Of a stretch of 64,000 nucleotides of DNA, positions 50,883 to 64,000 are shown in pieces. Numbering within the stretch: the first letter of the stretch is position 1; every line of letters begins with the position of its first letter. The position numbers and the translations under genes were made by a program. The DNA is from Mobula hypostoma (lineage: Eukaryota): positions 211,112,001 to 211,176,000 of the forward strand of contig NC_086097.1 in the NCBI RefSeq assembly GCF_963921235.1, in the 5' to 3' direction. The notes under the pieces are model-generated. The model was not told the DNA's origin. It worked only from the letters and a program-made list of their open reading frames with translations, and made no database searches.

Positions 50883-51775
50883 GTTTACAGACGACACAAA
50901 GGTTGGTGGTGTGGATAATGTAGAGGATTGTCGAAGATTGCAGAGAGACATTGATAGGTTGCAGAAGTGGGCTGAGAAGTGGCAGACAGAGTTCAACCCG
51001 GAGAAGTGTGAGGTGGTACACTTTGGAAGGACAAACTCCAAAGCAGAGTACAAAGTAAATGGCAGGATACCTGGTAGTGTGGAGAAGCAGAGGGATCTGG
51101 GGGTATATGTCCACAGATCCCTGAAATTTGCCTCACAGGTAGATAGGGTTGTTAAGAAAGCTTATGGGGTGTTAGCTTTCATAACTCGAGGGATAGAGTT
51201 TAAGAGTCGCAATGTAATGATGCAGCTCTATAAAACGCTGGTTAGGCCACACTTGGAGTACTGTGTCCATTTCTGGTTGCCTCACTATAGGAAGGATGTG
51301 GAAGCATTGGAAAGGGTACAGAGGAGATTTACCAGGATGCTGCCTGGTTTGGAGAGTATGGATTATGATCAGAGATTAAGGGAGCTAGGGCTTTACTCTT
51401 GGGGAGAAGGAGGATGAGAGGAGACATGATAGAGGTGTACAAGATAATAAGAGGAATAGATAGAGTGGATAGCCAGCGCCTCTTCCCCAGGGCACCACTG
51501 CTCAATACAAGAGGACATGGCTTTAAGGTGGGAATTTCAAGGGGGATATTAGAAGAAGGATTTTTACTCAGAGAGTGGTTGGTGTGTGGAATGCACTGCC
51601 TGAGTCAGTGGTGGAGGCAGATACACCAGTGAAATTTAAGAAACTACTAGACAGGTATATGGAGGAATTTAAGGTGGGGGGGGGGGTTATATGGGAGGCA
51701 AGGTTTAAGGGTAGGCACAACATTGTAAGCTGAAGGGCCTATATTGTGCTGTAGGTTTTCTATGTTCCTGGTTTC
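50883..51775 (+). mobile_element. CR1 3' fragment (same subfamily as 33323-34282)
   Basis: ORFs 50881..51417 and 51399..51632. Confidence 0.88.
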
Positions 51776-52864
51776 TATTTTGTAATTCTAAATCAAGCCC
51801 GGCAGCAAAACAGAAATATTTTATGTTGCTCTATTGACTACCAAAAGGCATTTGACTCAGTCCCACACTCGTGGTTAATAGAAGTTCTTAATATATATAA
51901 ACTACACCCAATACTTGTGAAATTCCTTCAACATCTGATGAAGCATTGGTGTATTATAATCACCCTATCTATTAACAACCAAAAACAAATAACCACCATT
52001 ATCAAAATAAACCGAGGCATTTTCCAAAGTGAATCTCTAAGTCCACTGTGGTTCTGTCTAGCTTTAAAATTGCTCTCTAATTTACTGAATCCAATGAAAA
52101 TTCGGTATCAAATCAGAAAAAACAAAACTAATTATACCTTGACACAGCCTCTAGACATGGATCGTTTGAAATCATATGCTCCTTCATCAGTAAAGTTAAA
52201 GCAATTAATTCAAGTAGTGGAACTATCTTCAAATGATATAAACATGAACTTTGGACTGGTTAAGTGCAGAACAATAAACATAAAGAAAGGCGCAATAGAG
52301 CTAATAGAATATAAATCAGAGCAGCAGGATATAATACAACAATGGATGAATATGAAACATGTAAGTATCTGGGACATCAACAAGCAAAGGAAATAGATCA
52401 TAGTGTGATGAAGGAAAAACTTTGGATAGTATTTGTTTCAAGGCTTAAGAAAATCTTCCAGAGCTCAACATACCCATATTAACAATATACCCATACTAAC
52501 ATATTCTTTTGGCATAATGCCTTAGTCTGAAACCAATCTGGAAAATTTACAAATAAAAATAAGAACTGAAATAACAAATTTCAGAAAACGTTATGTATAT
52601 TCAAATGCGCTTAGATTAACACTACTTAGGACAGAAGGGGGGAAGAGGAATAACCGGCATTAACAATCTACACACTGTCAGCTAAAACTTCTTAGAATAT
52701 ACTTCCATCAATGAAAACAGGATTCAGCACTCCAAGCGAGCATATGCAATTCTGATAAGAACTACACCCACTAAACCTAAATGAGAGCAAAACCCAGAAA
52801 ATGAAGAAATTATTAATATTGAAGAAGAAACTAACCAATTGAAGAGCATGACCCTCCATGGAAG

Positions 52865-53704
52865 ACAATAGACAATAGACAATGGACAATAGGTGCAGGA
52901 GCAGGCCATTCAGCCCTTCAAGCCAGCACCACCATTGACTGTGATCATGGCTGACCATCCACAATCATCCCTTTTCCTGCCTTCTCCCCATATCCCTTCA
53001 CTCCGCTATCCTTAAGAGCTCTATCTAACTCTTTCTTGAAAGAATCCAGAGAATTGGCCTCCACTGCCTTCTGAGGCAGAGCATTCCACAGAACCACAAC
53101 CCTCTGTGTGAAAAAGTTTTTCCTCAACTCCGTTCTAAATTGTCTACCCCTTATTCTTAAACTGTGGCCTCTGGTTCTGGACTGCCCCAACATAGAGGAC
53201 ATGTTTCCTGCCTCTAGCGTGTCCAATCCCTTAATAATCGTATATGCTTCAATCGGATCCCCTCTCATCCTTCTAAATTCCAGTGTATACAACCCCAGTC
53301 GCTCCAATCTTTCAACATATGACAGTCCCGCCATCCCGGGAATTAACCTTGTGAACCTACACTGCACTCCCTCAATAGCTAGAATGTCCTTCCTCAAATT
53401 TGGAGACCAAAACTGTACACAATACTCCAGGTGTGGTCTCACCAGGGCCCTGTACAGCTGCAGAAGGACCCCTTTGCTCGTATACTCAACTCCCCTTGTT
53501 ATGAAGGCCAACATGCCATTAGCTTTCTTCACTGCCTGCTGTACCTGCATGCTTACTTTCAGTGACTGATGAACAAGGACACTTAGACCTTGTTGTACTT
53601 CCCCTTTTCCTAACTTGACACCATTCAGATAGTAATCTGCCTTCCTGTACTTGCCACCAAAGTGGATAACCTCACATTTATCCACATTAAATTGCATCTG
53701 CCAT
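52865..53704 (-). mobile_element. CR1 3' fragment
   Basis: ORF 52945..53751; (CTATTGT)n tail at 52865-52892. Confidence 0.9.
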
Positions 53705-54335
53705 ACATTCTTGCAATCTGAGCAGACTGGACGTTGACAACGAAGCTCCAAACACTTGGCTCACAGTTGGAGACCTCTTCCCAGAAACGGAAGGGTTTCT
53801 TGTGGCAAAAATATATAAAAGAGGATAAATGTAGAAAATTCCAAGAAAAAGCAGAAGCAATCCAACACATTACAGGATCCTGCAGCAGTTTAACTCAATC
53901 TGATTACTTACACAGACACAATCAAGTGGCAAACATCATTCCACAAAACCTTGCTTTAAAATACAGACTCTAAGGAAATCACAGCTTACTATAAATACAA
54001 GCCTGATCCAGTTTTAGAGTCAGAATCCCACAAATTATATTACAATTGATCCATTATCACAAATAGGATATTCCATAATAACCATCTGAATATAATAATA
54101 CAGGATAAACAAGCAAGAACAACTTAATAGATATAGCCATTCCAAACACACATAACTTACAGAAATCAATGTGAAAAACTCCAGAAATTTCCTGAAGTAA
54201 AAGAGGAAATTGAAAGACTATGGAACATTAACAGGGTATGCATTACCCCGACTGTAATATCTACAACTGGTATCATCTCAAAGGCATTACACAATAACAT
54301 TAAACAATTAGGGCTACACAGCACCATCCATTTAA

Positions 54336-54747
54336 CCCAGGCAACCTGTTCATATTCTATACCTTCATAGTATGGTCCAGGTCAATTTTGACCCGGCCCA
54401 AGAATCCTCTCATAACAAGTGTCCATACCAAATTTTGAACCACAGATCTATTTAGAATGTATAAATAGCCTATCTGACATTAATAAATGGGTGATTAATC
54501 CTTAATTAATGTTTCAGAGATCATTTCAATAGATATGGGTCAAATTTGACCTGGAACAGCCTCAATGTACAAAAATTTGTAGCGCCTGTACAAAAGTATA
54601 AAATTTTTAAATATTTTCATTTTTGCGCATTTTGGGTCATCTTAGGAAAAGTCATCAAACTTCAACTGAAAAAAATGGCATTTGGGGTGTTTTTACTGTT
54701 GTCAAATGTCAAAAGGGGTCAAATTTGACCCGAACAATATGTAAGGG
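54336..54747. mobile_element. TTAA-flanked non-autonomous DNA transposon (piggyBac-like)
   Basis: TTAA-CCC...GGG-TTAA; interrupts the R4 coding sequence; three copies of palindrome GGGTCAAATTTGACCC at about 54379, 54537 and 54716. Confidence 0.65.
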
Positions 54748-56605
54748 TTAATCTTCGGAAAACCACAATACTACACACCACTAGAATAGCCTGAAAGGTC
54801 CTTGCATTTGAGAAATGAGCCTACTTGGCTGTTCCCGTACCTCGGGTTTTACCAGTATGAGCTGAGAAAAAATAAATCTCTACAATAATAAAATAATAAT
54901 AAAACAATAAATATCAAGAACATGAAACGAAGATTCCTTGAAAGTGAGTCCATAGGTTGTAGGAAAAGTTCAGTGATGGGGCAAATGAAGTTGAGTTGAA
55001 ATTATCGGTTCAAAAGCATAAATGTTGAAGAATAATAACCCTCCTGGATCTGGTGGTATGGGTCCTGAAGCCCCTGTATCTTCTTCCTGAGTCAGCAGCA
55101 ATAAGACAGCATGACCTGGGTGATGGGGTTCTTGTTGATGGATTCAGCTTTCCTGTGACCGCGCTCAATGGTTGGAAGGGCCTGACTCGTGATAGACTGA
55201 GCTGTATCCATTACTTTTGTAGGATGTTCTGCAGGCTTGCAAAAACACTTTTTGCTAGAAACCTACGCACTATAAAAATAAAATGCATTCTGGAAAAGTA
55301 AAATAAAATATTTGATTTGGTCCATAGTACACACAGATAGCTTATAACAATATCATATATAGTTGTTTAGATCACTGTTTTTGAACACAGGCACACATTC
55401 TAGGTTTTAGATCTCCAAAAGTGCAGTGCAGTGCACATTTATGGAACAAATCATCATGCACACACTAATATGGGAAGTAGCTGAGAAGGTAGACCCTGAG
55501 TCCAAGGCTAATCAGGTATCACACTGTGATTTTGAAATTAACCATACTCATCACCATCCTTCCTGAGACCGAACACTCATAAAACAGCAGGAATCATCAC
55601 CTGTTTGCAGGTTAACTTCTAACTGATTTTGATGGAATCCTGTAGGTGTTTGGTGCAAGTTTATAGACAGTAAACTATACAGGTCAGTGCTCTGAACCCT
55701 AATGCTATCAGTCTACAGTCTACTCTGATGGGAATTTGTCTTGAAATGTACAGTCTGCATAGTGAAGGTGGCCAAAATATGGTGCAATGAAAGAAGTTTT
55801 AAAAAAATTGGACAAATGACAGTGATATTCTAACTCCCTGTTATATTTTTCTAACTTTTGCCCTGCAGCTCCACAAAAGATTCATGGCAGAACAGCACAA
55901 AATCAATCACAGTCTAATTTGGTTCATGTTATCTTTGATCCAAGCATGCTGCACATAAAAATGAACTATTCTGAACCATCTCATGTAAAAGTGTAAGCTT
56001 TGATCATTGTGGCCAAAGGACTAACTATACAGTACCTGTATATTTTTATAATGGTGTAATTGCCCTCACCAATCAGAAAGGACATATTTTTAGCTTTGAG
56101 GAAGCTGATTGCAATTTTTCATATTTGACTTTGATGTAATGTCACTTCTATGGGAGGTCAATATATGAATACTGGGTTTATTTTCATAATTATATTTTGG
56201 ATATATGTTCTAATCTGTTTCCCCCAGTGCTAAATTCTGATTGTATTTAATTGATTTTAACGTAAACATATCACATATATAAAAAATGAAGAAACACAAA
56301 ACTAAAATACAACCTATTTTCGTGTAAAAGATTAAAGAAGGGAAGCTTCCTCGTATGGGAGCTATTGCATTTAAATTACATCATGATCTAAAAGCACATC
56401 ATATTAAAGGCACTAACCAACTACATTGTGACAAGATCTCCTTTCCTTCTTGCTATGATATTTTCCATTCATTACAGAAGGACATTTCTGGTAGATAAAG
56501 CTAAAAGGATTGCTGTTTGTTTAGTTCTGAATCATAGCTCAAGGTTAGCGAGGAGAAACAAAACTGATTGGTTTGTTTTTCTTTCTGTTCCTTTTAATAA
56601 GACCA

Positions 56606-56880
56606 GAAGACATAGGAGTAGAATTAAACCATTCAGCCCATTGAGTCTGCTCTGCCATTTCTGACTTGGTATCCTTCTCAACCTCATTCTCCTGCCTTCT
56701 TCCCATTATCTTTAATGCCCCCCACTAATCAAGAATCTATCAACCTCTGCTTTAAATATACCCAACGACATGGTCTCCATTGCCATCTACGGCAATGAAT
56801 TCCACAAATTCCTCCCCATCTTTGTTCCAAAGGGTCATCCTTCTATTCTGAGGCCGGTACTAGACTCCCACTCCATGTAC
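56606..56880 (-). mobile_element. CR1 3' end fragment
   Basis: Collinear with 29590-29910. Confidence 0.7.
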
Positions 56881-57629
56881 ATTCTCACCACATACACTAA
56901 TACTAATCAGAAGTGCCTGAAGTTCCTGTTTTCAGTGCTTGATTATATAAACCTCAGTGACATATTAAAGAAGTTTAATCACAATCAGCTATGGTAGTGT
57001 TAATTCTTAGAATATGCAGAAAGCATTCTCTGCCAGTTGACAATTACTGCAGAAAGTTGAAATTATTAAAATAAATTATGCTTTCCAGAATAATAAATGT
57101 ATTATAATATTCTGATTGCCATGAACATTGTCTGAAATTTATCCACAGATGGGACAGTACTTATCAGAAGATGTTGAATAATTACAGTTAATGGATTTTC
57201 ATGTGTTTTATGGCAGGTATCCATTTTGGCTGGGATGTAAGGATGAATATATTAAAAGCAAAAGCTATATGTAATGAATTATACATTTTACTTTTCATAA
57301 GGCATAATGTTTCTTGGACCAAAAATTTGACAGCCTGGTGTCTCAGCATAAGTAACTAAGACCTCCAGAAATGACCCTGGTAAAGATTATGCACAACACA
57401 TACTTCTCAAGCAAATTTAATGTGAATGTTTTGGAAGACAGGCATGTAATGTAGAAATAGTTTGAAGCGGTCACCTGTGACCAATTTCAAAAATCTTTAG
57501 AATCAGGTCTTGACCGGAAAAACATGTACAAATGACTACATTCCTGCTAATTAAGTGCAGTAGGACTAAGAGAATTAGAATCTGTTTAAGAATGGAACTG
57601 TCAGGGTATTGTTTCTCAAGGACCATGAG

Positions 57630-58125
57630 AGATATCGAGAGATATCTGATGCGGCCTCCCCTACATTGATGAGACCCGTCGAAAACTGGGGGACCACTGC
57701 GACGAACATCCCTGTACCAACCGCCACAAGCGGGACTTCCTGGCAGCCGAACATTTGAATTCCCATTTCTATTCCTGTTACGACGTGTTAATCCATGGCC
57801 TTGTTTTGAGCCAAGATAAGGCCACTCTCAGGGTGGAGGAGCACCACCTTATATTCCATCTGGATAATCTCCAACCTGATGGCACGACTATTGGTTTCTC
57901 CTTACAGTCAATCAATTCCACCCCACCCCTCCAATCTCCACTCTGACCTTTTACTTCCCCTGGGTCCCTTCCTCCTTCCCTTTCTCCTATGGTCCACCCT
58001 CCTCTCCCATCAGATTCTTTCTTCTCGAGCCCTTGACCTTTCCCACTTTACCTCCCCCCACCATTTTATTCTGGCATGTTCCCCCTTCCTTCTCTAGGCC
58101 CAAAATGTCGTCTGTTTATTCTTTT
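57630..58125 (+). mobile_element. Decayed Penelope GIY-YIG 3' fragment
   Basis: CGLPYIDETRRKLGDH and ATLRVEEHHLIFHLDNLQPDG. Confidence 0.75.
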
Positions 58126-59337
58126 AAGTGGATAGATGTTATTTACTTGGATTTCCAGAAGATGTTTGATAAGGTGCTGCATAAGGGTGCTCCATAAAAG
58201 TTGCATAGATTTGGGGGTGATGTATTAGCATGGATAGAGGGTTGGTTAACTCATAGAAAACACAGAGTTGGGACACATGGGTGTTACTTTGGTTGGCAAT
58301 CTGTGGTGAATGATGTGCCGCAGGGATCAGTGCTGGGCCCGCAACTGTTCACGATATACATTAACGAACTGGAAGCGGAGACTGAGTGTAGTGTATCTAA
58401 CTTTGCTGATGATACTTAATTGAGTGGAAAAGCAAATTGTGCCGAAAATACAGAGAGTCTGCAGAGAGATATAGATAGGTTAAATGAGTGGGTAAGGATC
58501 TGACAGATGGAGTACTATGTTGGAAAATGTGAGGTCATCCAGTTTGGAAGGAAAATGGAAGAGCAGATTATTATTTAAATGGTAAAAAATTGCAGCATGC
58601 TACTGTGCAGAGGGACTTGGGGGTGCTTGTGCATGAATGACAAAAGGTTGGTTTGCAGGTGCAGCAGGCTATCAAGAAGGTAAATGGAATGTTGGCCTTC
58701 ATTGCTAGAGGGATTGAGTTTAAGAACAGGGAGGTTATGCTGTAACTGTACAGGGTACTGGTGAGGCCACATCTGGAGTACTACATGCAGTTCTAGTCTC
58801 CCTACTTGAGGAAGCGTATACTGGCTTTGGAGGTGGTGCAGAGGAGGTTCACCAGGTTGATTCTAGAGATGAGGGAGTTAGACTATGAGGAGAGATTGAG
58901 TCATTTGGGACTGTACTCACTGGAATTCTGAAGAATGAGAGAAGATCTTATAGAAACATATAAAATTATGAAAGAGATAGATAAGATAGAGGCAGGAAGG
59001 TTGTTTCCGCTGGTAGGTGACACTAGAACTAGGGACATAGCCTCAAGATTTGGGGGAGTATACTTAGGGTAGAGATGAGGACGAACTGCTTTTCCCAGAG
59101 AGTAGTGAATCTGTGGAATTCTCTGCCCAATGAAGCAGTGGAGGCTACCTCAGTAAATATATTTTAAGACGAGGTTGGATAGATTTTTGCATAGTAGGGG
59201 AATTAAGGGTTATGGGCAAAAGCCAGGTAGGTGGAGATGAGTCCATGGTCAGATCAGTCATGATCTCATTGAATGGTAGAGCAGGCTGGATTGGGCCAGA
59301 TGGCCGACTCCTGCTCCTATTTCTTATGTTCTTATGA
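58126..59337 (+). mobile_element. CR1 RT to 3' end fragment
   Basis: ORF 58201..58419 (VPQGSVLGPQLFTIYIN...FADD); TTCTTATG tail. Confidence 0.88.
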
Positions 59338-59338
59338 A

Positions 59339-59499
59339 AGAGCTAACAAAGACACAATTGAGTTGCTGTCAGGAACGAAACTGAGTGTCAACAAAATTGC
59401 AACATCTAAACAGAAACCTACCCTTCTGGCCAAACAAATTGTGTTACGCCAATTTTGTGTTTCTTCTTTCAATTTGTTTCTGGAGTTACAAAACTAGCA
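59339..59499 (+). mobile_element. Gypsy gag fragment fused to an LTR end (same family as 14491-25124)
   Basis: 59339-59445 resembles 14912-15012; 59456-59499 resembles 25080-25124. Confidence 0.6.
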
Positions 59500-59622
59500 A
59501 TCACTGTTGTTCTTTGCAAAGAAGCCAACAGCTGAGGTCCCATCCACTAGGGCCCTGTATATTCAGTGTACTATATAATACAACTACTATATAGACATTC
59601 ACAGATGTATTCTAGTCATCAA

Positions 59623-60330
59623 CACTGTCGTGCAAAGTCTTAGGCGCATGTAAAAAATTCTGTCAACAAAAATGTTTCCAAAAATAATGAAATTAAACGT
59701 TTCTAAATATTGTGACACTCTGCGGGGGGGGGGGAGGGTATGGTCGACGGCCCACTCCTGTATTTCAAATGACCAGCGCTGTTTATTGTTCTTGTGTTAA
59801 AATGCTTTTGTGGGATTATGGTGCAAAGTTCCAGTTCATTTATTGTTACATTTTAGTTTGGGTTATACAGTTATTCGCTTGTGTATTTGTGGATCACTGT
59901 AACTGGGGCGTGTGATGGTCACCTTCCCCGTCTGTATGAGACTGACTGGGTTCACTCTCTGGGTCACGGTGCCCGGTGTGTTTTGTGTTTATCACAATAA
60001 AACAGTTGTTAAGTTAACGAACTTCCTCATCTGTCATTATGGACCAAATGCTTGCCACAATATCAAAAAAAAATTCTATAAAGAGCAGTAAACAGTAAAA
60101 AAAAACAAAATCAAATCAATATTTGATGTGACCACCCTTTACTTTTAAAACTGCATCAATTCTCTTAGGTATGCTGTCATGCAGCTTTATAAGAAAATCT
60201 GCTGGTAGATTGTTCCAAGCATCTTGGAGAACTTACCACAGTTCTGCTGACTTTTGCTGTCTCATTTGGTTCTGTGTCTCCACTTAATCCCAGACGGCCT
60301 CAACGATGTTGAGAGCGGGGCTCTGTAGAT
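59623..60330 (-). mobile_element. Tc1 transposon 3' relic
   Basis: Minus strand QSPALNIVEAVWD and QDAWNNLPADFLIKLHDSIPKRIDAVLKVKGGHIKY*; terminus resembles the TIR of the 39505 MITE. Confidence 0.8.
59711..60059 (+). mobile_element. Solo LTR (349 bp) inside the Tc1 relic
   Basis: TGTGACA...TGCCACA termini; TSD ATAT at 59707-59710 and 60060-60063; AATAAA at about 59996. Confidence 0.75.
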
Positions 60331-61104
60331 GCTATACATCTGAACCCATATTAAAAAATCCGTATATATAGATGCTCTCCTGTGTCATAGAAAACCAGGC
60401 AGCTTTTTTCAACCTCTTTTACTCTATCCATTTCTCAGAAAATAAAATTCAATTTTTGCAAGGACCAACAACCCACACTTAGTTAGTGTTTTTAATACTG
60501 GAAACAAAAAAATGAATGATGAGTTACAGGCTGCAGAGTGAGAGTAAACTAAAATCTTGGTCAAAAAGAACAATGTGTTTAAGCTTATGATATTCAAAGC
60601 ATGATAGTTTGATATTGTGATCATAACATCATTGATCCTCAAACCAGTTAAAGTGATTTCTTTAGAAACCCATTGTCTGTGCTTGGCATGTAGGCAGAAC
60701 AGATTCAATTAAGATCATTTCTGCCCTTATTTTTCTGTGAAATTGGCCTAAAAGCATTCATTGTTAAACAAACCTATATTGGTCATTTTAGTATTCCTGA
60801 GCAACAATAATGGTGATGCATGTTTCACTGGAGCCCATTTTGTCTTAGTAGACAAGGTAAATGGGCAATAGCAAATCAGCAGCTTGTTTTATACCTCAAG
60901 AATTTTATTTCCACATGATGTTAACCTGGCTGCCAATTTACCATTACCCATTTTACGCAATCAGACAAAATTAAAACTTCTTAAATGATCAACTTCTGGT
61001 ACTAACAATTATTTTCTAATTTTTTTAATTTCAGGCTCGTGCTTTGCAAAAGAGTACTCATAATTTCATCTACTAGATTGCTAGAACAGTATGATTATAG
61101 AGGC

Positions 61105-61332
61105 TAACGTCCTCTGTAAGGAGCCTCTGTATGTCCTCCCCATGGAATGTGTGGGTTTTCTCCAAGTCCTCTGGTTTCCTCCCTTGATCCAAAGACCTAC
61201 CGGATAGGTTAACTGGTCTTTGTAAATTGTCCCATGATTAGATTAGAGTTAAATCAGGATTGTCGTGGGTTGCTGGGTGATGCGGCTCAAAGGGCCAGAA
61301 GGGTCTATTCCACGATATATCTCTAAATAAAT
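61105..61332 (+). mobile_element. V-SINE-like element
   Basis: gtgggttttctcc...ctggtttcctccc...tccaaagac...gtaaattgtccc core. Confidence 0.65.
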
Positions 61333-61899
61333 GAAAATTTAAAAAATCGTTTTATTTTTCCATCTCCAAAAACTAAACACAACAATTTGTATTAGTGTGT
61401 TGCACTAATTTAAAAAATCGTCAGTCCAGATTTCAACACTCTCTGGAACAACTTAAAATTTGTTTTGCTTTCAACACTCACATTTCCTAGGTGAGCAGAC
61501 GGTATGACATATTTCACTAGAAAATTGTGTAATGATGCTTAGCTCTTTTCAATATAATTACCTTTCAATATAATGAAACCAATGGTGTCAAGATTTATTA
61601 TAATTACTTTGCAAAAGGAAAGACAATTTCTGGTGTTCACATATGCAGAGATCCAGAAGTTATTGACAATGATACACAGCCATGGTTATTATTGAATCAT
61701 CTTCTGAAATCTTCTCAAGCATTGCAGTCCAGATCCTAATAGCTTATAATGTTTAATCAAAAGTGATTCCATCTCTTTTGCATACTCTCCCCCTCTCCCT
61801 CCCCTTCCCCATTCTCTCTCTCCCTCTCCTCTCTCTCCCTCTGTCTTTTCAACCTCTGTATCTATCTCCAACTCCAGTTACATTAAATCTCTGTCATTA

Positions 61900-63772
61900 G
61901 GTATGATCAGATATGATCTCCAGAAAGCCATCTCTTGGGTGAAGTGGAGATTACGGACTAGACTGGAATCAATGAGGAATGCTCGACAGCTGTGGCAGGA
62001 TTTGAATGCCATTACCTCCTACAAAGTTAAATCTTGTCACATAGGGGACAGCAGAGCTTCAATTCCAGTTAAGCTCAATGTTTTCTATGCTCACTTTGAC
62101 CACCAGAACAGTGAGGAACCATCACGTAACCCCATGTCTCCCAGTCGTCCTTTGGTCTCAGTATCTGAAGATGACATGTGGGCTGCCTTCAGAAGAGTGA
62201 ATCCAAGGAAAGCTTCCCGTCTAGACAGAGTACCTGGCCAAGTACTGAAGACTTGTGCTGACCAACTGGCTGGGGTGTTCATGGATATCTTCAGCCTCTC
62301 ATTCTGGCAGTGGATGGTAACCACCTGCTTCAAGCACGCTTCAATCGTACCAGTGCCCAAGTGGTGACCTGTCTAAATGACTATTGCCCAGTGACACTTA
62401 CATTCACAGTGCTGAAGTGTTTTGAGAGGTTGGTGTTGAAACATATCAGCTCCTGTCTGAGTGGAGATTTGGATCCTCACCAATTTGCCTATTGAAGCCA
62501 CAGGTCCACATTAGATGCCATATCATTGGCTCTCACACAACCCTGGACCATCTGGACATACATCAGGATGTTCTTCATTGATTGCAGCTCAGCATTTAAC
62601 ACCATCATCCCCTCAAAACTAATCAGGAAGCTCCAAGATCTGGGCCTCAATACCACCTTGTGCAACTGGACGCTGGATTTCCTCACTTGTAGACCCCAGT
62701 CAGTGTGGATTGGAAAAACATCTCCTCCACAATCTCCATCAGCACAGGAGCACCGCAGGGATGTGTGCTTTGCCCCCTGCTCTGTGAGGCTAAGTACAGC
62801 TCCAATACGAGATACAAGATTGCTGATGACACCACTGGTGAGGGCTGTATCAAAGGGGGGTGATGAATCAACATATAGGAGGGAGATTGAATACTTGGCT
62901 GAGTTGTGTAATAACAACAACCTCTCACTCAATGTCGATAAGACCAATGAACTGATAGCAGACTTCAGGAGAGGGAAACCAGAGGTCTATGAGACAGTAA
63001 TCATTGGAGGATGAAAAGTGGAGAGGGTGAGTAACTTTAAATTCCTGGTTGTCACTATCTCAGAGGATCTGTCCTGGACCCGTCATATAAATATAAATGC
63101 AAAGAAAGCAAGACAGCCCCTTTACTTCCTCAGGAGTATGCGGAGATTCGCATGTCATCAAAAACCTCAAAAAACTCGACAGAAGTCTGGTGGAAAGTGT
63201 GCTGACTGCCTGCTTTATGGTCTGGTATGGAAACACCAATACCTTTGAGTGGAAAATCCTACAAAAAGGTAACGGATTCGGCCAATACATCACAGGTAAA
63301 GCACTCCCAACCATTGAGCATATCTACATGAAACATTGCCGTAGAGAAGCAGTATCCATCATCAAAGATACTCACTGCATGGGCCATGTTTTTTTCTCAA
63401 TGCTGCCTTATGGTAGAAGGTTCAAGTGCCTCAGGACTCATACCACCAGGATCAAAAGCAGTTACTACCCCTTAACTATCCGGCTCTTGAACGAAAGGGG
63501 ATAACTACACTCATTCTGTTTCTGGTGTTCCCTCAATCAATGATCTCAGTTTAAGGACTCTTTTATCTTGTTATTTCACAGTTGTTATTTATTGCTATTA
63601 ATTTATATTTGCATTTGCACACTTTGTTGTTCATTGATCCTGTTTACAGTTACTGTTTTATAGATTTGCTAAATATGCCCACAGGAAAAAGAATCTCAAG
63701 GTTGTATGTGGTGATGTATACAGCATGATAATAAATTTTACTTTAAATTTCGAACTTGTGAACTTTGAACTT
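61900..63772 (+). mobile_element. Rex1/Babar-type LINE, RT and 3' end, decayed
   Basis: RRVNPRKAS...[13 protein letters not shown]...[46 protein letters not shown] tail. Confidence 0.85.
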
Positions 63773-64000
63773 ATTCAGTTACTCATCTTTTTCGCATGGG
63801 AGCAGTTTCTCCTTACTCATCTTACTTATATGATTATAACTCCTTCATGTTCTGAGCACCTCAATTTTCTTTCTACTCTATATTCTGTATTATAAGGAAA
63901 ATATCCCCATATTTCTAATCACCCTAGGAAACTAGAATTCCTGGTTTGATTTTAGTAAGTACCTCCAGATGCCTGACATCCTCACTTGATGCACTGATTT

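Larger units (their letters stand above)
47751..54877 (+). mobile_element. R4/Dong-clade non-LTR retrotransposon in five pieces, plus an extra 3' end at 47751-47813
   Basis: 47814-48032 NWKHTGSDNIHNY; 49749-49940 YLLPK...PITCLQTIYK...EEQKGC; 51776-52864 IDYQKAFDSVPH...GIFQSESLSPLWF; 53705-54335 CRK...HITGSC...RHNQVA...LIDIAIP; 54748-54877 C-terminus and 3' UTR. Confidence 0.82.
47560..55230 (-). mobile_element. Rex1-type 3' fragment (47560-47750 plus about 54880-55230) hosting the R4/Dong complex
   Basis: The two halves rejoin into the reverse complement of the 3' UTR seen at 2460-2800 and 63440-63770. Confidence 0.65.

Noticed and set aside
55230..57600. Possible host exons or conserved non-coding elements in AT-rich unique DNA (also 3310-4970 and 60330-61100)
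   Set aside because: No recognisable coding signal; conservation cannot be assessed without alignments

Overview
Vertebrate genomic DNA, most likely a cartilaginous fish such as a ray or shark. This is inferred from the repeat mix of CR1, V-SINE/HE1-like, Rex1-Babar and Penelope elements. The window is a dense, deeply nested transposable-element landscape, and I recognise no host protein-coding exon. Main contents: (1) a very young Gmr1-like LTR retrotransposon (6649-11636; 858-bp LTRs with 3 differences, GGGA target duplication) whose single 990-aa ORF keeps Gag and protease but only in-frame remnants of IN and RT; (2) two decayed Mag-type Gypsy elements and four solo LTRs; (3) a Charlie/Buster hAT transposon resembling Charlie3/MER1; (4) several Penelope-like elements whose terminal repeats carry minimal hammerhead-ribozyme motifs, including a 207-bp insertion with two ribozyme motifs in a perfect 52-bp inverted repeat; (5) an R4/Dong element split into five pieces; (6) many CR1 and Rex1 LINE fragments, plus RTE, Tx1, Tc1, piggyBac-like and Harbinger relics. 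All family assignments come from motif recognition by eye, without database searches. Boundaries lacking a stated target duplication are approximate.
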